From Syncephalis fuscata S228 (Eukaryota > Fungi > Zoopagomycota), in NCBI GenBank assembly GCA_025786725.1, contig JAHLTZ010000003.1:62001-126000 (forward strand): a stretch of DNA of 64,000 nt. The letters run 5' to 3'. Positions 11,659-25,540 of the stretch are shown piece by piece. A model generated the notes under the pieces. It worked only from the letters and a program-made list of their open reading frames with translations. It was not told the DNA's origin and searched no databases. Numbering within the stretch: position 1 is the first letter of the stretch; every line of letters begins with the position of its first letter. The position numbers were made by a program, and so were the translations under genes.

Positions 11659-13819
11659 ATGGACATTTGGACATGGATTATTGATTTATCGCAATTAATA
11701 ATACCGACACCTGCTTTAGACAGTCATTTGATATTGCCATCTTTTCATGCTATCAACCAAAACCACAGCGCCACTGAAGACTATAGGACTTATTTAAAAA
11801 TACAGTTTATTTAGATAGTGGGTTTTATAGCATTGTCGATGCAGCTCAAATGATAGCTATAACATCCTCTGCGTATGTCGAGACTGCTAAAAGCCAGCTG
11901 GCTTTATTTCATTTAACTGATATTACTACTTTTTTATCTAGCCAATTTTATCACTTTTTATTCGAACCATTTGTTATTTCTCCTGGCCTACTGATGCTTT
12001 ATATCTTTCTGGCCATGGCCATATTTTATTGCTTTCTTTTCTCAAAAAGCAAGATTTACAAAGGTATACTTATGCCAGCTTTTAGTAAATTATACCTATT
12101 GCATTACAATAAGTCAAATGCTGAGCATGAAAATGGTCAGCTTGATAGCAAAACACTAGAACTAGAACAACGCATCGCTGCCTTAGAAAACAATTTCAAG
12201 TCTAGCGTGTATCTTGAGACAACATGCAATTCAATGAAAACAAAAATGGCAGAACTTGAACAATTGGCCACAAACATACTAAACAATATGCAAAAGTGTA
12301 CAGAAAAAGACGCACAATTACTTGATGCAACTTCCATTAATATAAACCCAACAACAGCCGAATCAACTGCTGTAAAGTTAACGTTGAAAAATGTAATATC
12401 AGATAATTACAATTATTCACCAACATTCGAAAGTCAATCTTTATTGCATAGCATCAATTTAGATAAGTCTATTTCTAGAGAATCAGGCGTACAAAATACG
12501 TTTAATCTTTATAGTAGTATAAGTTGTGGTTATCCCAGTTTAAACAGCCCTTTATCGCAATCATCGATGGAGTCTCCTTTGGTCAGAGCCAATGTGTTAA
12601 AATTAGACGCGTTTAGGCGACAGACTGGGGTCAAGAAATACTAAAGGCATTGGATGACAATAAGCTGTTACATAGGACCAAGCAAGATTTTAGTGCGCTA
12701 TTGATTAATCCCATCATTGACAATTTAGACACTACACTAAATTTTGAAATAGCCAAATTTGATGCACTTGATCAATTTAATGAAAATGTGAACAAAAGAC
12801 TACTGGAACAAGAGGCAGACGCTGTAGCCGAGTATTTTCATATTAATGGTGCACTCCATGGCTTTCATTCATTCGAGCGCGCAAGTCGATATTCCGATGC
12901 TGTACTTGGATTGGCACAAGACTATGTCGATTCAGATATTTCTACACTATCATCTTCCACTAATGAATCGAAAAAAGGTGCCATTTTACTAAAACGACGT
13001 CATTCTATCGGTAGTCATTGCAATTATGTAAATAGCGTTTTTTAAAACGTTACTCGGATGGTGCTGAGAATATCCCACATCTAGATAATTGTATCTGGAA
13101 GCAGATACTTACAGATGAAAAACGCAACAGCTTTGTTGCAGCTTTAAATTCAAGCATCAACTGCGATATTGCCGACGAGGAGTATGTAGCGATAGATGCA
13201 ATAGACTTAAATATTTTCTAACACCGTTGCACATAGAGATGCATTAATGATTTTGTCGCAAAGTATTCAAGCAATGGGAGAGAATATTGAAATGCAAGAA
13301 CAAAGCTCCAAGCACTAGAGAAACAAATTATTCAATATGACATTAAAATTGCAGATGATACGCTGGCATTACAACAGTAAGCTACATTCAACACATATTG
13401 CCTAAATTAACTGCTGTATTTTAACATTATTGCAGCGACCAAAAGCAAGATAGTTTACAAATTAAAGAGATACTGCATAGAATTAACGAATTGAAACAGC
13501 AACGAGACATGCTTTGTCACTTATGCTATGAGGTGAAAATCGCATTAAGAGAATGTAAGTGTTTTAACAAAGTATTCTGTTAACCAACTTGCTTCATCGA
13601 TCTAATTTGCGGCTTACTATCCTATTTATAGCAGAAAAAGACTTTACCAAGCTTGGAAAAGAATTTGATAGGCGTACCGATGCACTAGAACTTCGTCAAA
13701 TCGAAAGAGAACAGTTACAATTTCAACGCAGCCAATGGATTAGCGGAGAGCAGCTGTTAGTTGAGCTTGAAGAGGAGCGTATCATATCCGAGCGTCGACA
13801 AAAACGTAGCTTCGAGTAG
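11659..13819 (+). CDS. Hypothetical protein with a predicted TM segment and coiled coils (multi-exon, frameshifted)
   Basis: Consecutive + strand ORFs (11850-12644, 12650-13045, 13589-13819) are separated by frameshifts and GT..AG introns. It has a hydrophobic stretch LLMLYIFLAMAIFYCFLF and heptad-like regions. The start codon is uncertain. Confidence 0.55.
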
Positions 13820-14241
13820 AGTAGCGCATTGTTTTGCGCCATTTCCCACATCAGGCTAGAATACAGTTTAGTTTATTCGAAACAAATGTAAATGAGCACG
13901 TATACTTTGCTTGAACTGAGCTGTAATAGTTTAGGCGACAGTGTATCATATGGACTGTCTGTACAACAGTTGTGTATTTTATTTATCGACACAATATAGA
14001 ATATGAAGCAAATGGCAGTAATGAGAATTCTGCCGCCGCTAAGGGCAATAGACCGAGATTACACAATTGAAAACATTGAAATATGTAACATTAAAATAAA
14101 AGACATCAAATAAAAGATATTACTTATAACACAGTTGTGTTGGTTATTTATTAACCACTATAAGTCCTGATTGGACAACAGAGCTTACGCTGATACGCAA
14201 TAAACTTGGGTCAAATACACTTGCTGTTATAATAGCACTAC

Positions 14242-15547
14242 TTAGAAAGCAATGACGGAAATAGCCACGGCCACAAGCGCAAAACCGGCTGTGTAAAGTG
14301 TGCTAGAAAGTGTGGTTGCGGAGACATTGGATTGTTCGCTGGAGCTGTCACTGGCATCCTTTGAGTTGCCGTCCTTTCCTCCCTTGCCGTTGTTCTTGCT
14401 CTTGGGCTTCTCTGGACCATAACCAGCTGGGGGCCATTCGGTTGTAGCATTGCCTGGGTTAAGGCATTCAACCTTGAGGCTCTTGACGTACATCGAGTAG
14501 ACTTTGCTCTTGTCGCTCCAGTTGGTTGGTGTACCAGCCCATTTAGCTGTGCCTTCAGCCAGCATACCACCGTCCCAAATAGAAAGCTGCACATGAGACA
14601 GTTCAGTTGGGAACTTGTAGCTGCCGTCCGCTTGCTTCGTTTCCTCGCGTGTTAAGGTACGGGCAGGCTTGCCAGCGACCCACCAAACAATCTTGTCTGG
14701 TGACCATTCAATCGCATATTCACGATATTCTTTGCTGGTGTCGACGTCGACTGCGTGATGTTTGCCCTTGGTCCAGTCGGGTATGTTGTTGAAATAGTAG
14801 TTGGACTGCACCTCGCTTGGATCCAAACCAACCCATTCAAAGTCGATTTCGTCACCGCCAGGGGATTTAGTGATGAGGGACGAGACGACACCTGGCGAGG
14901 TAGAGGCTGACTTAACAAGGGCGGTAACTTTACCATATTTCATAAGGCTAAATAATAGTGGGATTAGCATGCTGATAAAATCATCATTTCTACCTAATAC
15001 TTACCGAGTCCAGGTAACTGTGGCACCGAAGCCACCATAATTGCCCACTTCGTTTTTGGCGTCGCCCTTATACTTTAGATCCAATTGCATCTCGCCGTTG
15101 CTGTTGATAAGAGCATTGTTGGGCTTAAAGTCGCTGTAGAAGTCGATTTCATTAGGATTGCCGTTGAAATCATCAAGCTGGACAAACTTTTTGGCATTAC
15201 CAAAAGAAGTTTCAAAATTGACACAGTCCGGTGTGGGGATGCATGACTTTGGACTGAAGGAATTTTCTGGTTCGCAGTTTACAGCGCAGAATCGCAGTTT
15301 TGAGTCGCACCAGCCATTACTGCAGCAAGGCGAGTCTTTGCCACATTTCTTGCCGATGTTTTTGCAAACAGCATCGGCGGGCGTGATTAAGGTAGCAGCC
15401 ACAAGCAGCAAAGCTGCTGAAGTAATTAACTAAAATGGTTGATTTATTGAATATTGAAATTAGCAGTGTAATAAAAAGTATTTGAAAGCGGTAGAGAACT
15501 CCGCGTTTACCACAAATGGCCATTGTTTTACTTACCTGAGAGCGCAT
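14242..15547 (-). CDS. GH16 Crh/Utr2-type chitin transglycosylase with N-terminal chitin-binding domain and GPI signal
   Basis: It has a signal peptide, CGKDSPCCSNGWC (CBM18-like), the catalytic DEIDFEWVG motif, IWDGG..GTAKWAG and a hydrophobic C-terminus. The first exon is 12 nt (MRSQ). Confidence 0.92.
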
Positions 15548-15915
15548 GTTGTCTCTAAACAAAAATAGTTAATAATAGTAATAAAGGTGCGGTATGTCGA
15601 CTTATAAGCGACGGGAAAGCAATAAGCTAGGTGTAGGAGATAAAAGCAAGATGAGTACGTTGAGGTGTATAAAGTAGAAAAACTTTGAAAAAAACGTGAA
15701 GGACTGGGCAGCAGAATATGTGATGGGCAGCGTTTATCGCTCAACCGGTAAGTGTGCTGTTGTGCAGAATAGGATGAGTTGTCCACACATATATATGACA
15801 AACCGGTGACAATTTGAAAAGGCGAGGTGTGGTATGGTTTCATTGACAAGGAAGTAGGATGTGACTTCTCGGGGTCAAATATGGACCACTAAGAATGCGC
15901 GACACCAAGCTGAAG

Positions 15916-16056
15916 TGCACGACAGAAGATTTCCACACTGAGTCAGCCACGCATAGAACTAAGGCGAACTTTCTAAGCACTATTTCGCTTTGCTAACTGC
16001 ATGATCGCTTTAGTTCTATGAGTGGCTGACGCAGTGTGGAAATCTTCTGTCGTGCA
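15916..16056. repeat. Long inverted repeat / hairpin, 52 bp arms and 37 nt loop
   Basis: 15916-15967 is the reverse complement of 16005-16056 with 3 differences. Confidence 0.95.
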
Positions 16057-18763
16057 TTACCAGCGGATAGACTATAAGATATGGCGGTTCTTGGGACTTT
16101 AGCGTTATACTGAGTATTTTATCGAGTAGACAGTAGCGTAATAAAAGACTGCAACGTGAACTATTCACTTCAATTAGGAAGGGACTTAGCTAAAGGCGAG
16201 AAAACATCGATGCAGAAGCTCGTGTTAAACCAGGAACATAGGGAAGTAAGGCGGCTGGAGTGATGTTGGCCACGATATAATTAGAATTCTCCCCACCTGT
16301 CACACACCAAATTGAGCGTTGACTGGATGAGTAAAATACTTCAACATAGCCGCTATTTTACAATGAATCTAAGTGGCCGACTTTATGGAGTATCCCAAAA
16401 TAGTGCACGTCGCCTTTATTCGCCTGCATGGTTCTAAATCTACTTAAAAGCAGGTAACAATGATTCACCTGCCTATTGCCAGTTGTTCGGACAAACAGTA
16501 GCGATAATGTTAAACACTGTGCTTCACAATAGAAACAATGTCGTGCTACGTTACGTAGTCGTGATATTGTAACAATATGTACCGTATCAGCAATTAATTA
16601 GTATGCGCTGTTATGTAAAATTGTTATTATTATTATTATCACATGAATATCGGACAGAAAATAATGTATTAAAATGTTGTATATGATTTATTATAAAAAA
16701 GCTATAAAATACTTTACGGCTACCTGGTTATAATGGCATTGTATAGTTACATTAGCAGAAAGATCGTCGATAAATGTAACATGTCATTTAGCCACTTGAC
16801 TTATATGTGTTATCTGCTCCTGGTGGCAGCATTACACAATACATGTGTGTTGTATTGCGTTTTAGTTTTATTTTAAAAGCCTCTAGGTCTTGCAATGTAC
16901 ATATTATAAAGCTAAATAATGTGTGTTAACCATATAATCTGTTGTATGTTATTTAATGCTAATATACAATTGATTATAGGCAGATTATTAACTGTTTGGT
17001 GTGATTTGGTGATCAAGTGGCCATTTTTTAACAAAAATTTACTTCTTGAACCATGCGCACTGCAACATCAATTCTATTACCCATGGTTTTTTATTAATAA
17101 TTTGTTTTAATTTATAATATCGTTACAAAACATGATATGCGATAATGTAATGCTTCTAAGCAACCAAAATAGGAGGGAGAATAATAGAGGTGGCTTAGTG
17201 TGCAGATATTAAAGTTAATAAAGATTATTAAAGCAATATCGTAGGATTTTATTACCAATAAATAGCTTTATTCAGCAATTTGAAACAGAAGTCTCAACTG
17301 TATAAATCTGAAAGTAAGCTAGAAGTGACTGAAAGTATAAAAAGTTATTTATTAAATATTTGGCCGGCAGTATTAAGTATTTATAATAGTGTTGGCAGTT
17401 AAAATGGCGAGTAAATGCAATAGACCCTGATGGGAAAAACCTTAATTAGAGTACAATGAAGCTTAAACTGAACTTCGTTGAATAATGTAATTTAGGCCAT
17501 AGTAACAATATTATATTCTCCAATAACTTTGCTTTATTCTTGAAAATTGTTGTTTTTAGCTGTATTCGTTGCAAAGTTTAACTCAGTTTCTTTTTTTATT
17601 TCTTACATACCAATCATTTTTTATTATCATCCATATTCTATTGTTGATGCTGCCAATACATTGCAATGATATATATATATATATATATTAGCGACTAGCT
17701 AAAACTGTTTACTATGTTAAACACAGTTATTATTATAAAATGAATACTGGTAAAAATATGGTACATGCAATACGTATATTGTTTATTATAAAGAATCATA
17801 AAATGTGCTATAGTTAAACATAAAAAGTATAGATACATCAACAATAAAAATGCCGATAGTACTGAGTATGATGTTGTCGTAAACTAGATTTAGAATTAAA
17901 AGTATAATTTTTTGGATACTGCTCGGCATATATATTTATTTAAACGTTTGTATAGCACGCCTTCAATATAAGCACACACATGATTCGTTTATCTTGTAAT
18001 AAAATGTTGTCCTTTAGCCTATTAGTACTTTATTACTATTTAACCATTTGTCTTATTCTCGACGCTATAATGTAACGGTTAGCATTTACAGCATGTGATG
18101 TTCGCTAATGGCTGTTGCTACAATATGTTTAGAGTAAAGTGCTATGCTATGTACTATTGGCTACTTTTAAATATTTATAATATATATAGTAATTGACTTC
18201 GCATAAACGTTGTTTATTTTTACACACGGGACGTAGTTGCCGCGACTTTACTCAAGATAGTTTTTGACCGTTCAACTCCGAGCAACTTACTTGAAAAGAC
18301 AACTGCCATTTAGATTTAAAACAGCGGAGCCTTTTGAATATATTTATATAGTAATATCTCCGTTCTACATTTGGTTACCAAACATTGTCGCAGATTTAAG
18401 CGGAGAATTAAACTTCTTGGCTATTGCTTGTCATTAGATTCGTCATTGGCACATAGTAGAAATGTTGTTAATCGTGTATAAAATGGTTCAAGCAAAGCAA
18501 TCAACTTACAATATTCTCATCACAACATCAGCCAACTTTTCTGCTTTCTGCCTTTTGCCTTTTCCTTTTTGAAATTACGATCTCTCTCTCTCTCTTTTCT
18601 CCATTATCAACAGTGGCATTACTGTTATCGACCGTGACGACAAGCCCTGACTGACGCGCTGTTTTTATTTACTGTTCAAATTCAAGTTTGTTATCTTATC
18701 TACCCGCAACCAACCAAACGGACTATTTTCCTCAACAACAACAACCATTGGCCATAAATCACC

Positions 18764-19222
18764 ATGCAGTTACCAACACGCTTTCTAATCACCACCGGTG
18801 CTGCCCTCGTTGCCTCTTGCGCCTTAGCCAATGCCATGCCGAGTTACATAAGACGTGCGACGTCCTCTTTGACGACAAAGTCTGATACATGTGATATAGC
18901 TGAGAGCTCGGTTGTTTTTGATGCCACACTAAGCGCCAAGGAATTCGATGTCTCCAAATGTAACACTTGTATCTATGTGCCTCCGGCCGTTACTGGTGGC
19001 TATGGTATCGTTGCAAGGGTGACAGGTGTTTGTTCAACTTGTACCAGTGGTCAAGCAAAGCTGACCAAGGAAGCGGTGAACGCCATTAACGGTCGGTCAT
19101 CGACGCCATCCTTCCCACCTAAGCCACCTCTGCCATTAACTGTGACAAGTCAAAAGACTTGGGACTGCGATAAGCCCGCCCCACCAGTCAAAAGCCCATC
19201 GCCTGGTTCAATTTCCTCTTAG
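18764..19222 (+). CDS. Small secreted Cys-rich protein, degenerate RlpA-like DPBB/expansin-like fold
   Basis: It has a signal peptide. ATLS..KCNTCIYV..IVARVTGVCSTC...KLTKEAVNAI parallels AALS..YCGQCARV..VVVKIVDACPTC...DLTRSAFQRI of the gene at 29905. Confidence 0.7.
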   Translation: MQLPTRFLITTGAALVASCALANAMPSYIRRATSSLTTKSDTCDIAESSVVFDATLSAKEFDVSKCNTCIYVPPAVTGGYGIVARVTGVCSTCTSGQAKLTKEAVNAINGRSSTPSFPPKPPLPLTVTSQKTWDCDKPAPPVKSPSPGSISS

Positions 19223-20104
19223 GCAAATACTTGAAGTAGGCTTATTTGCTTATCCGGGACAACAGTAGCAGCACTATAGCTACATTTACTACAGCTAAAC
19301 ATTAATGCACAATGATAGTGAACTATTATGAATAAAGCTGATATGTTTTATCCCCAAACTATTTTATTCATAGTGTTACATAAACAACAAAGTTGTTATT
19401 CAATGTGATGATGCATTAACGAAACCTTTTTTATTAACTTGTCTTATCTGCCCAGCAATCATTTTAAATAACAAATTTACTATCCAAAAAAGCAGATCTG
19501 CCAACTATTTTTGGGACCTATAATAGCGAAGATGGCTGAGTATGGAAATGCAGTAAAAATAGAACACGCATTTTCCCATTAGGCCAAGTCTTGCTAAACC
19601 ACCCATTAGCAATCTTAGCTCAGCTTAATGTAATGCTTAACGACTGTAAGCATTGGCACATGTAAGTACAAACCACTGCACTGCAAAAAGTCACATTAAA
19701 CAATTAGCTGCACATTGCTTTTCAATGGTAGTTTACACATCATGTTAATGCAGGCGCAAGTTACTCAAAGCCTTTTTGGTAGCAGATTCATGTGGCACCC
19801 TTTGAAATAAGACACGGCTACACGTTTGAGCCTTCCACTCCGCTTTCTTCTCAGCTGGGCAACAAACGTGGTACAGCCTCACGCAACCTCCTTTAAAGAG
19901 AGCACGAGCGGTGTCGAGGAGAACTTGCTCCATCCTTCTTTTTTTCTAACTTTTATTGACAACATCGCTTCAAATTACCGTAGTTTGTGTCATCTTTGCT
20001 CGGCTCTTAATTGTAACGACGCAAAGCGTAATAATATACCGCGTATATCACCACCACTATAACATAATCTAGCGTTTATTAACTAATCGTACTACAACTT
20101 CATC

Positions 20105-20829
20105 ATGAAGGGCATGATCTCAACCGCTTTGACAGTAGCGCTGGCCTCCGCTCCTGTACTAGCCAACTTTTACCCAACCTTTCCCATCTCGAACTCGGTA
20201 TGGCCAGCAGGCAGCGAGCAGACAATCACCTGGGATGACGACAAAGCTTTACCCAATATTAATGATATCAGCTCGTTCAAACTTGAGCTTCAAACCGGTA
20301 CTGATAGCAAGCAAAAGACACTTGCTACAATCGGCACTAATCTAAAGGGCAGCGATAAATCGGTCAAGTTTACCATTCCACAAAGCGTTGGCCCATCGGG
20401 TAAAGTCTACTTTTTACGATTTACACCAAACAATGGTGATATTGTCTGGACTACTCGTTTCACGGTAACTGGCGGTACTGGCACTTTCCCATCGGATGTC
20501 GAACTCCCACCTGGCAGCTCGGTCAGCACATCACCAAGCACCGGTACTTCGTCGCCACCCACCTCTACGCCTACTGGAACGAACAGCCAATCTGGATCGT
20601 CCAGCAGCAGCCGTTCCGGCAGCAGCAGCAGCGATTCAAGCTCTACTTCCGTTACCGTGGTTACTCCTACCGTTACAGCTACTCCATCGGAGTCTTCAAC
20701 TTCATCTACAACTGCTCGGCCAGACAGCGGTAATTCCAACTCTGCTGGCATGGTTTCTCTGGAGTCGAGGCAATGGTGTCATCGGTGTTGATCGCCGGTT
20801 TTGGCGCCGCTATTGCCGCATTGATCTAA
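20105..20829 (+). CDS. Kre9/Knh1-like N-terminal domain, Ser/Thr-rich GPI-anchored cell-wall protein
   Basis: It has a signal peptide, PTFP..WPAGSEQTITWDD, IPQSVGPSGKVYFLRF, WTTRFTVTGGTG and an S/T tract. The GPI-like tail MVSSVLIAGFGAAIAALI follows a frameshift at ~20758. Confidence 0.85.
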
Positions 20830-22183
20830 TTATTGCAATAATAATATAATAATATCTATTATTATTTCATTGATCACATGGGTGTATCTTTCTGTTTTGT
20901 TATGTGCTTTCCTTTTATCCGCCTACGCAACGTATTTTTACGGGTCTGCGTTATTTTGGCTTTGACTAATTTAATAAAATGGCGCTTTACAACACACATG
21001 TAGTCTAGATTATTAACTAGTTTAGTCCATCTATTATTTATTATGACGTATTTTCTTTCTCCGTTTATTTGACAATGGTCCATCATCTAATGTTTATCTG
21101 TCAGACAGTACATTCATCGCCTTATATTGCCAAAGTAAGCAAGTGAATTAATTGTTTATTTTTAACTTTCAATAGAATGCTCAGTGCTCCAACTGTCAAA
21201 CCAACTGTTAGAAAAAACTAAACCGCCTACCTTGTCCCGTACCTCTTGTCAAACCATCACTATCAGTGCACGGTATCTATAGGTCAGTTACAACACCGCC
21301 TATTGCTACTGTCATAGCTATCAATCAGCTTGAATAAAATAACCGGCTACCATAATAATTACAAGTGTAACGGCACATCTATTCACAGACGCTTGGCATT
21401 GCCTTGCATTACGAGTAAGATTACGCGCTCTATCTTTTTTCAATCGGCATATTACTGCCTATTCCGTTGCAATTATAGTAGCTATAGCACCAATCTACTC
21501 ACTCGTTTATTCACTCACTTACACTCGCTCAGTACTCACACAAAAACGCATCCTTGTTTTTTTCTCAGCGATTTTCCAAATCCACATTTTACCGGCCATA
21601 TCATCGACTCATAGCTGTTGGTTGTTTTTTTTAAATATACAGTTACATTTGAGTCAGGCCACAGCTACGCAGCATAGTCGGGTTTAATATTCTTGTCTTT
21701 CAATGCTTACTGCTATTTGATTATTATTATTGTCGTTGTTGCTATCGCCACCACGTTTACTTTTATTATTGACCATTCATATCGTCTCTCTTTGTCTCTC
21801 TTTCTCGTTCTTCTTCTCTTTCTACGTCTTTTTTGGACTAGTCAATACTTTTGTTTCGTCAATCTTTAACTGGCGTGCTCCTGCTTGCTACTAAACAGTA
21901 GCACTGCCCCTTAAAGCGTCCTCACCCCTTTTTAGCACGCGGCTATTTTTATCGGTTCTCTCACGGAGAATTGCCTTTGCCTTCTTATTCGTACACGCAC
22001 TTTCAAGCATTTGCCATTTATTTCTGTGGCTGCAGAGTGACAAGCATCTTAGTGCCACGCATAACTGTGCTGTGGTCTATTTACAATTCATCTTTCTGTA
22101 GCTTCATCTGACCATCACTGTCCTCAGCGACAACACCTACCTCTCATCTCCTCTACCGCCTGCACAAGTAGATTGTCGGCACT

Positions 22184-23278
22184 ATGTCAGCCCATGAACC
22201 TATCAAGCGTAAACTGATCATTGTTGGCGACGGTGCTTGCGGTAAGACCTGTCTATTGACGGTATTTCACCTAGGCCGGTTTCCTCATGTAAGTAGCATT
22301 GATCCTAAGTTATGGTAGATGTAACTTTGGTTCAGTATATGAAGAAATAGACTAACACGACATCTAAATAATCAATACTATTTATTAGGAATATGTACGT
22401 GACAGTGGTGTTGTAATGACGACGACAGTCATAATCAATGACATGACAACTAAAGAGTTGACTTTTTGTCCATCATTTTAATATAATTAGGTGCCAACGG
22501 TATTTGAACACTTTGTGGCGGAACTTCGTATTGATGGCCGATATGTATCGCTATCACTGTGGGATACAGCGTAAGTGTTGCGGGTCTGTGGTTGTCTGGG
22601 TACGATAGTCAAAGTGAACTAATAATTGTGACAATGATGATTGTTTATATGTATTGTTATCAATGCCACTGTTGCATATCAAACAATAGTGGTCAAGAAG
22701 AATATGAGGTAGGCTAAATTACAGTTTAAATATTATTATACAGTTATGCTTAATGAATTGTAATAATAGCGTCTTCGCCCTATGGCCTACTCACACTCGA
22801 ATGTTATTCTAATTGCATATGCCATCGATTCACCCGATTCGCTTGACAATGTTGTATCAAAAGTAAATAGTATGGCTATCAATTGGCTGGCAAATGATAA
22901 CTAACACTATGTTTTATGTATATTTAGTGGGTAGATGAGGTGCGCCAAGAATGTCCTGGCTGTCCTTTTATACTGGTTGGCTGTAAGCGTGATCTACGAG
23001 AGGATGGTTTAAATCGTGGAGAACCAGCCACCAACTTTGTAACTGTTGAGAAAGGCGCCGAAATAGCACGGCAACTTGGTGCTAAACGACATATGGAATG
23101 CAGTGCGTTGACGGGGTATAACGTGGACAAGGTATTTGAACATGCTACACGCGCCGCCTTGTTTTCCGGTGCCCTTGGCTATAGTAAAGATCGTCCGGCT
23201 AAGAAGAGTGGATCGAACAAAAATAGCATCCAAGGCGGTAATGACGATAATAGTACCAACTGTTGTATAATTTTGTAA
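22184..23278 (+). CDS. RHO2: Rho-family GTPase, Rho2-like (6 exons)
   Basis: Motifs are [44 protein letters not shown] and ECSA, with a CCIIL C-terminus. Confidence 0.88.
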
Positions 23279-24796
23279 TGAAAACAATGACGACCACAGT
23301 TGCCGTTGATCTATCTATGCCGGGACAGGTCGGTATCGCCATTGTTTTCAATTGGTCATTCGCTTTCTACGTCGTTTCCTATACTATATACTTATGCCAT
23401 ACACATTTTTAGTGCAATGTATCTTTTTATTTGACCAATGAACAGTCTATTATTATTATTATTTTATTATTATTTGACTAGTTAATAAGTGATCATTCAT
23501 TTCAGTGCCAATCGTCACTTCTCCATAAATCATTTATTATTGCTGTAATTTATAACATTTCATAATTATCGTATTTATAGTTATACAATTTGTAATATAA
23601 AAATATTAGTTTCAATGAATTATTGACGATGGTAACGATCAAAATTGTAAATGTAATTAAAGATTATGGTGTAGTTAGAGCTTATAAGATTGCTTTAAAA
23701 ATATCATGGACTATACAATAACATACACATCTAAACTATACAATATACCAGCCATATTTAAATAAACTACTATAATTTGTCAATTTGTTATTGCTATATT
23801 TGTATTATACGTAGACTATTTAATAATACGCCATATCATTACGATTGCCATCGTGACAGTGTGTTGCTAACGTTGATCTTTATTGTGTAATGATAGTAAC
23901 CGTCATAATACATTGATATCCATAGGTATGAATTAAGCAAAAATTAGCAGCATTCTACCATTTCTAATAAAACAATGACTAGATCTACTCTTTCTAGTGC
24001 TTCTTTACTAGGTATTATAAGTCCGGTGCTTATACGTGCACTGCAAATCCCTCATCCAATCATTCGTTATGGCAGTCAAATAGCTGAAATCCCCTGGGTC
24101 AGAGTACATTTAGTACAGCTGGGCCAGCAATTATGGCAAAGTATTTGTCAATTATGCTCAACCATTTACCATCACAGCGCACCTCGCCTAGCTATTTGGA
24201 CAGGTGACTGTCTAAAATATGTCTTTCATCAACAAACCGATCTAATTCGCTTGGTATTCTTCAAGATACGCGGACTAATCTGGTCCAAATAGTTGAATCG
24301 AGTGCCACCTTATTGATTTACGAAAAGTAATCACTCAGCCACCCAGCCACTCAGTCCTACTCGGTCAGCTAGTTAGCCGCTCTACACCGATCACACTCAA
24401 ACATGATGCTAAAGCAAAAGTGAAATTAATTAGTATAAAATGTTAGCATTCTACATGAACCACACACAAATTGGTTACCTGATTTGAGGTATTTGAATCA
24501 TTTCTTTAGAGTGCCATAGCAAAGAAATGAACTATAGAAAACATTAATGTGATTTCATTTGTTTCACTAAAGTGTAGACTCAAAAGATCTAGTCAAGTGG
24601 GTCAACGCCATGTCTTGCCCAGTCATACTGGCGTATCATGTGTTCATACGCTTATTATATATTGGCATGCCCATGTACATACTTTTATTCCCATTCATTT
24701 ATACTGTCACTATCTTTGCGTACTTCTAATACCAGCTATAACATTTACATTTTAATAATCAGTCAAATATTGCACGTACATCATTGCATCTTTAGT

Positions 24797-25540
24797 ATGT
24801 ATACGGAGTATCTTTTGCTAGTGGCTGGCTTTCTAGCCGCTACACCAACTGCCTATGCTAGCGATATGAATGAACTCGTTAGAGAGATGCAAGGCAATGT
24901 CAACGAGCCATGGCATATTGGCGGTGATAGCAATGGCCGTGTATTCAATCAATCATGGGGTAATTACGAGTACTTTGACGGCTTCTTTGCCATGAAGTCC
25001 GTTAAAAGCACCTACATTGGTCTATTCTGTTTATGGCTGCTGTGGATCATTGCTCGTATGCTTAATAGCTTATTCGGTAAAAGTGCACGCAGTACGCATG
25101 CTGGCGCAAATGCACCGGGAACTGCAGGAACAAATGCTGCGGGCGAAACTACAGCACAACAACAACAGCTAATACCGCTAATGACCTGGTTATACACATC
25201 GGGCAAGTAAAATTGTTTACCTTAATACCTGATTAACTAATTTATTATTTATTTATCCATTTGTTATTAATAGGCTGGAGCAACAACACGGGTCGAGAAG
25301 TTAATTCGTGATCTTATTCTACTGCTACTTGTTCCACTCGTCGTTAACGGATTTGGTCGCGGTAGCGGTGTTGGCACGGAAATTCTAACTTGGTTATTCT
25401 TTGCCTTCGCTCTAATCTTCATGCTGGTCGAGTTTGTTGCGGGTAATCGTCTCTTCCGCTCTGCGTTCAATCTTCTGCTTATCGGCCTAAGTCTTACTAT
25501 TTTCATTTTGGCTTATGCAGCCGGTTGGCATATTCCATAA
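24797..25540 (+). CDS. Hypothetical multi-pass membrane protein with signal peptide (2 exons)
   Basis: The signal is MYTEYLLLVAGFLAATPTAYA and the first TM is YIGLFCLWLLWIIA. The second exon from 25274 encodes three hydrophobic helices ending AYAAGWHIP*. The junction frame is uncertain. Confidence 0.7.

Noticed and set aside
14238-15849. Overlapping alternative-frame and antisense ORFs over GH16 (also over the Kre9-like and DPBB genes)
   Set aside because: These are shadow ORFs of GC-richer, codon-biased genes with no protein motifs.
16100-18700. Decayed transposon or gene in the long AT-rich spacer
   Set aside because: No recognisable motifs, terminal repeats or credible ORFs were seen by eye.
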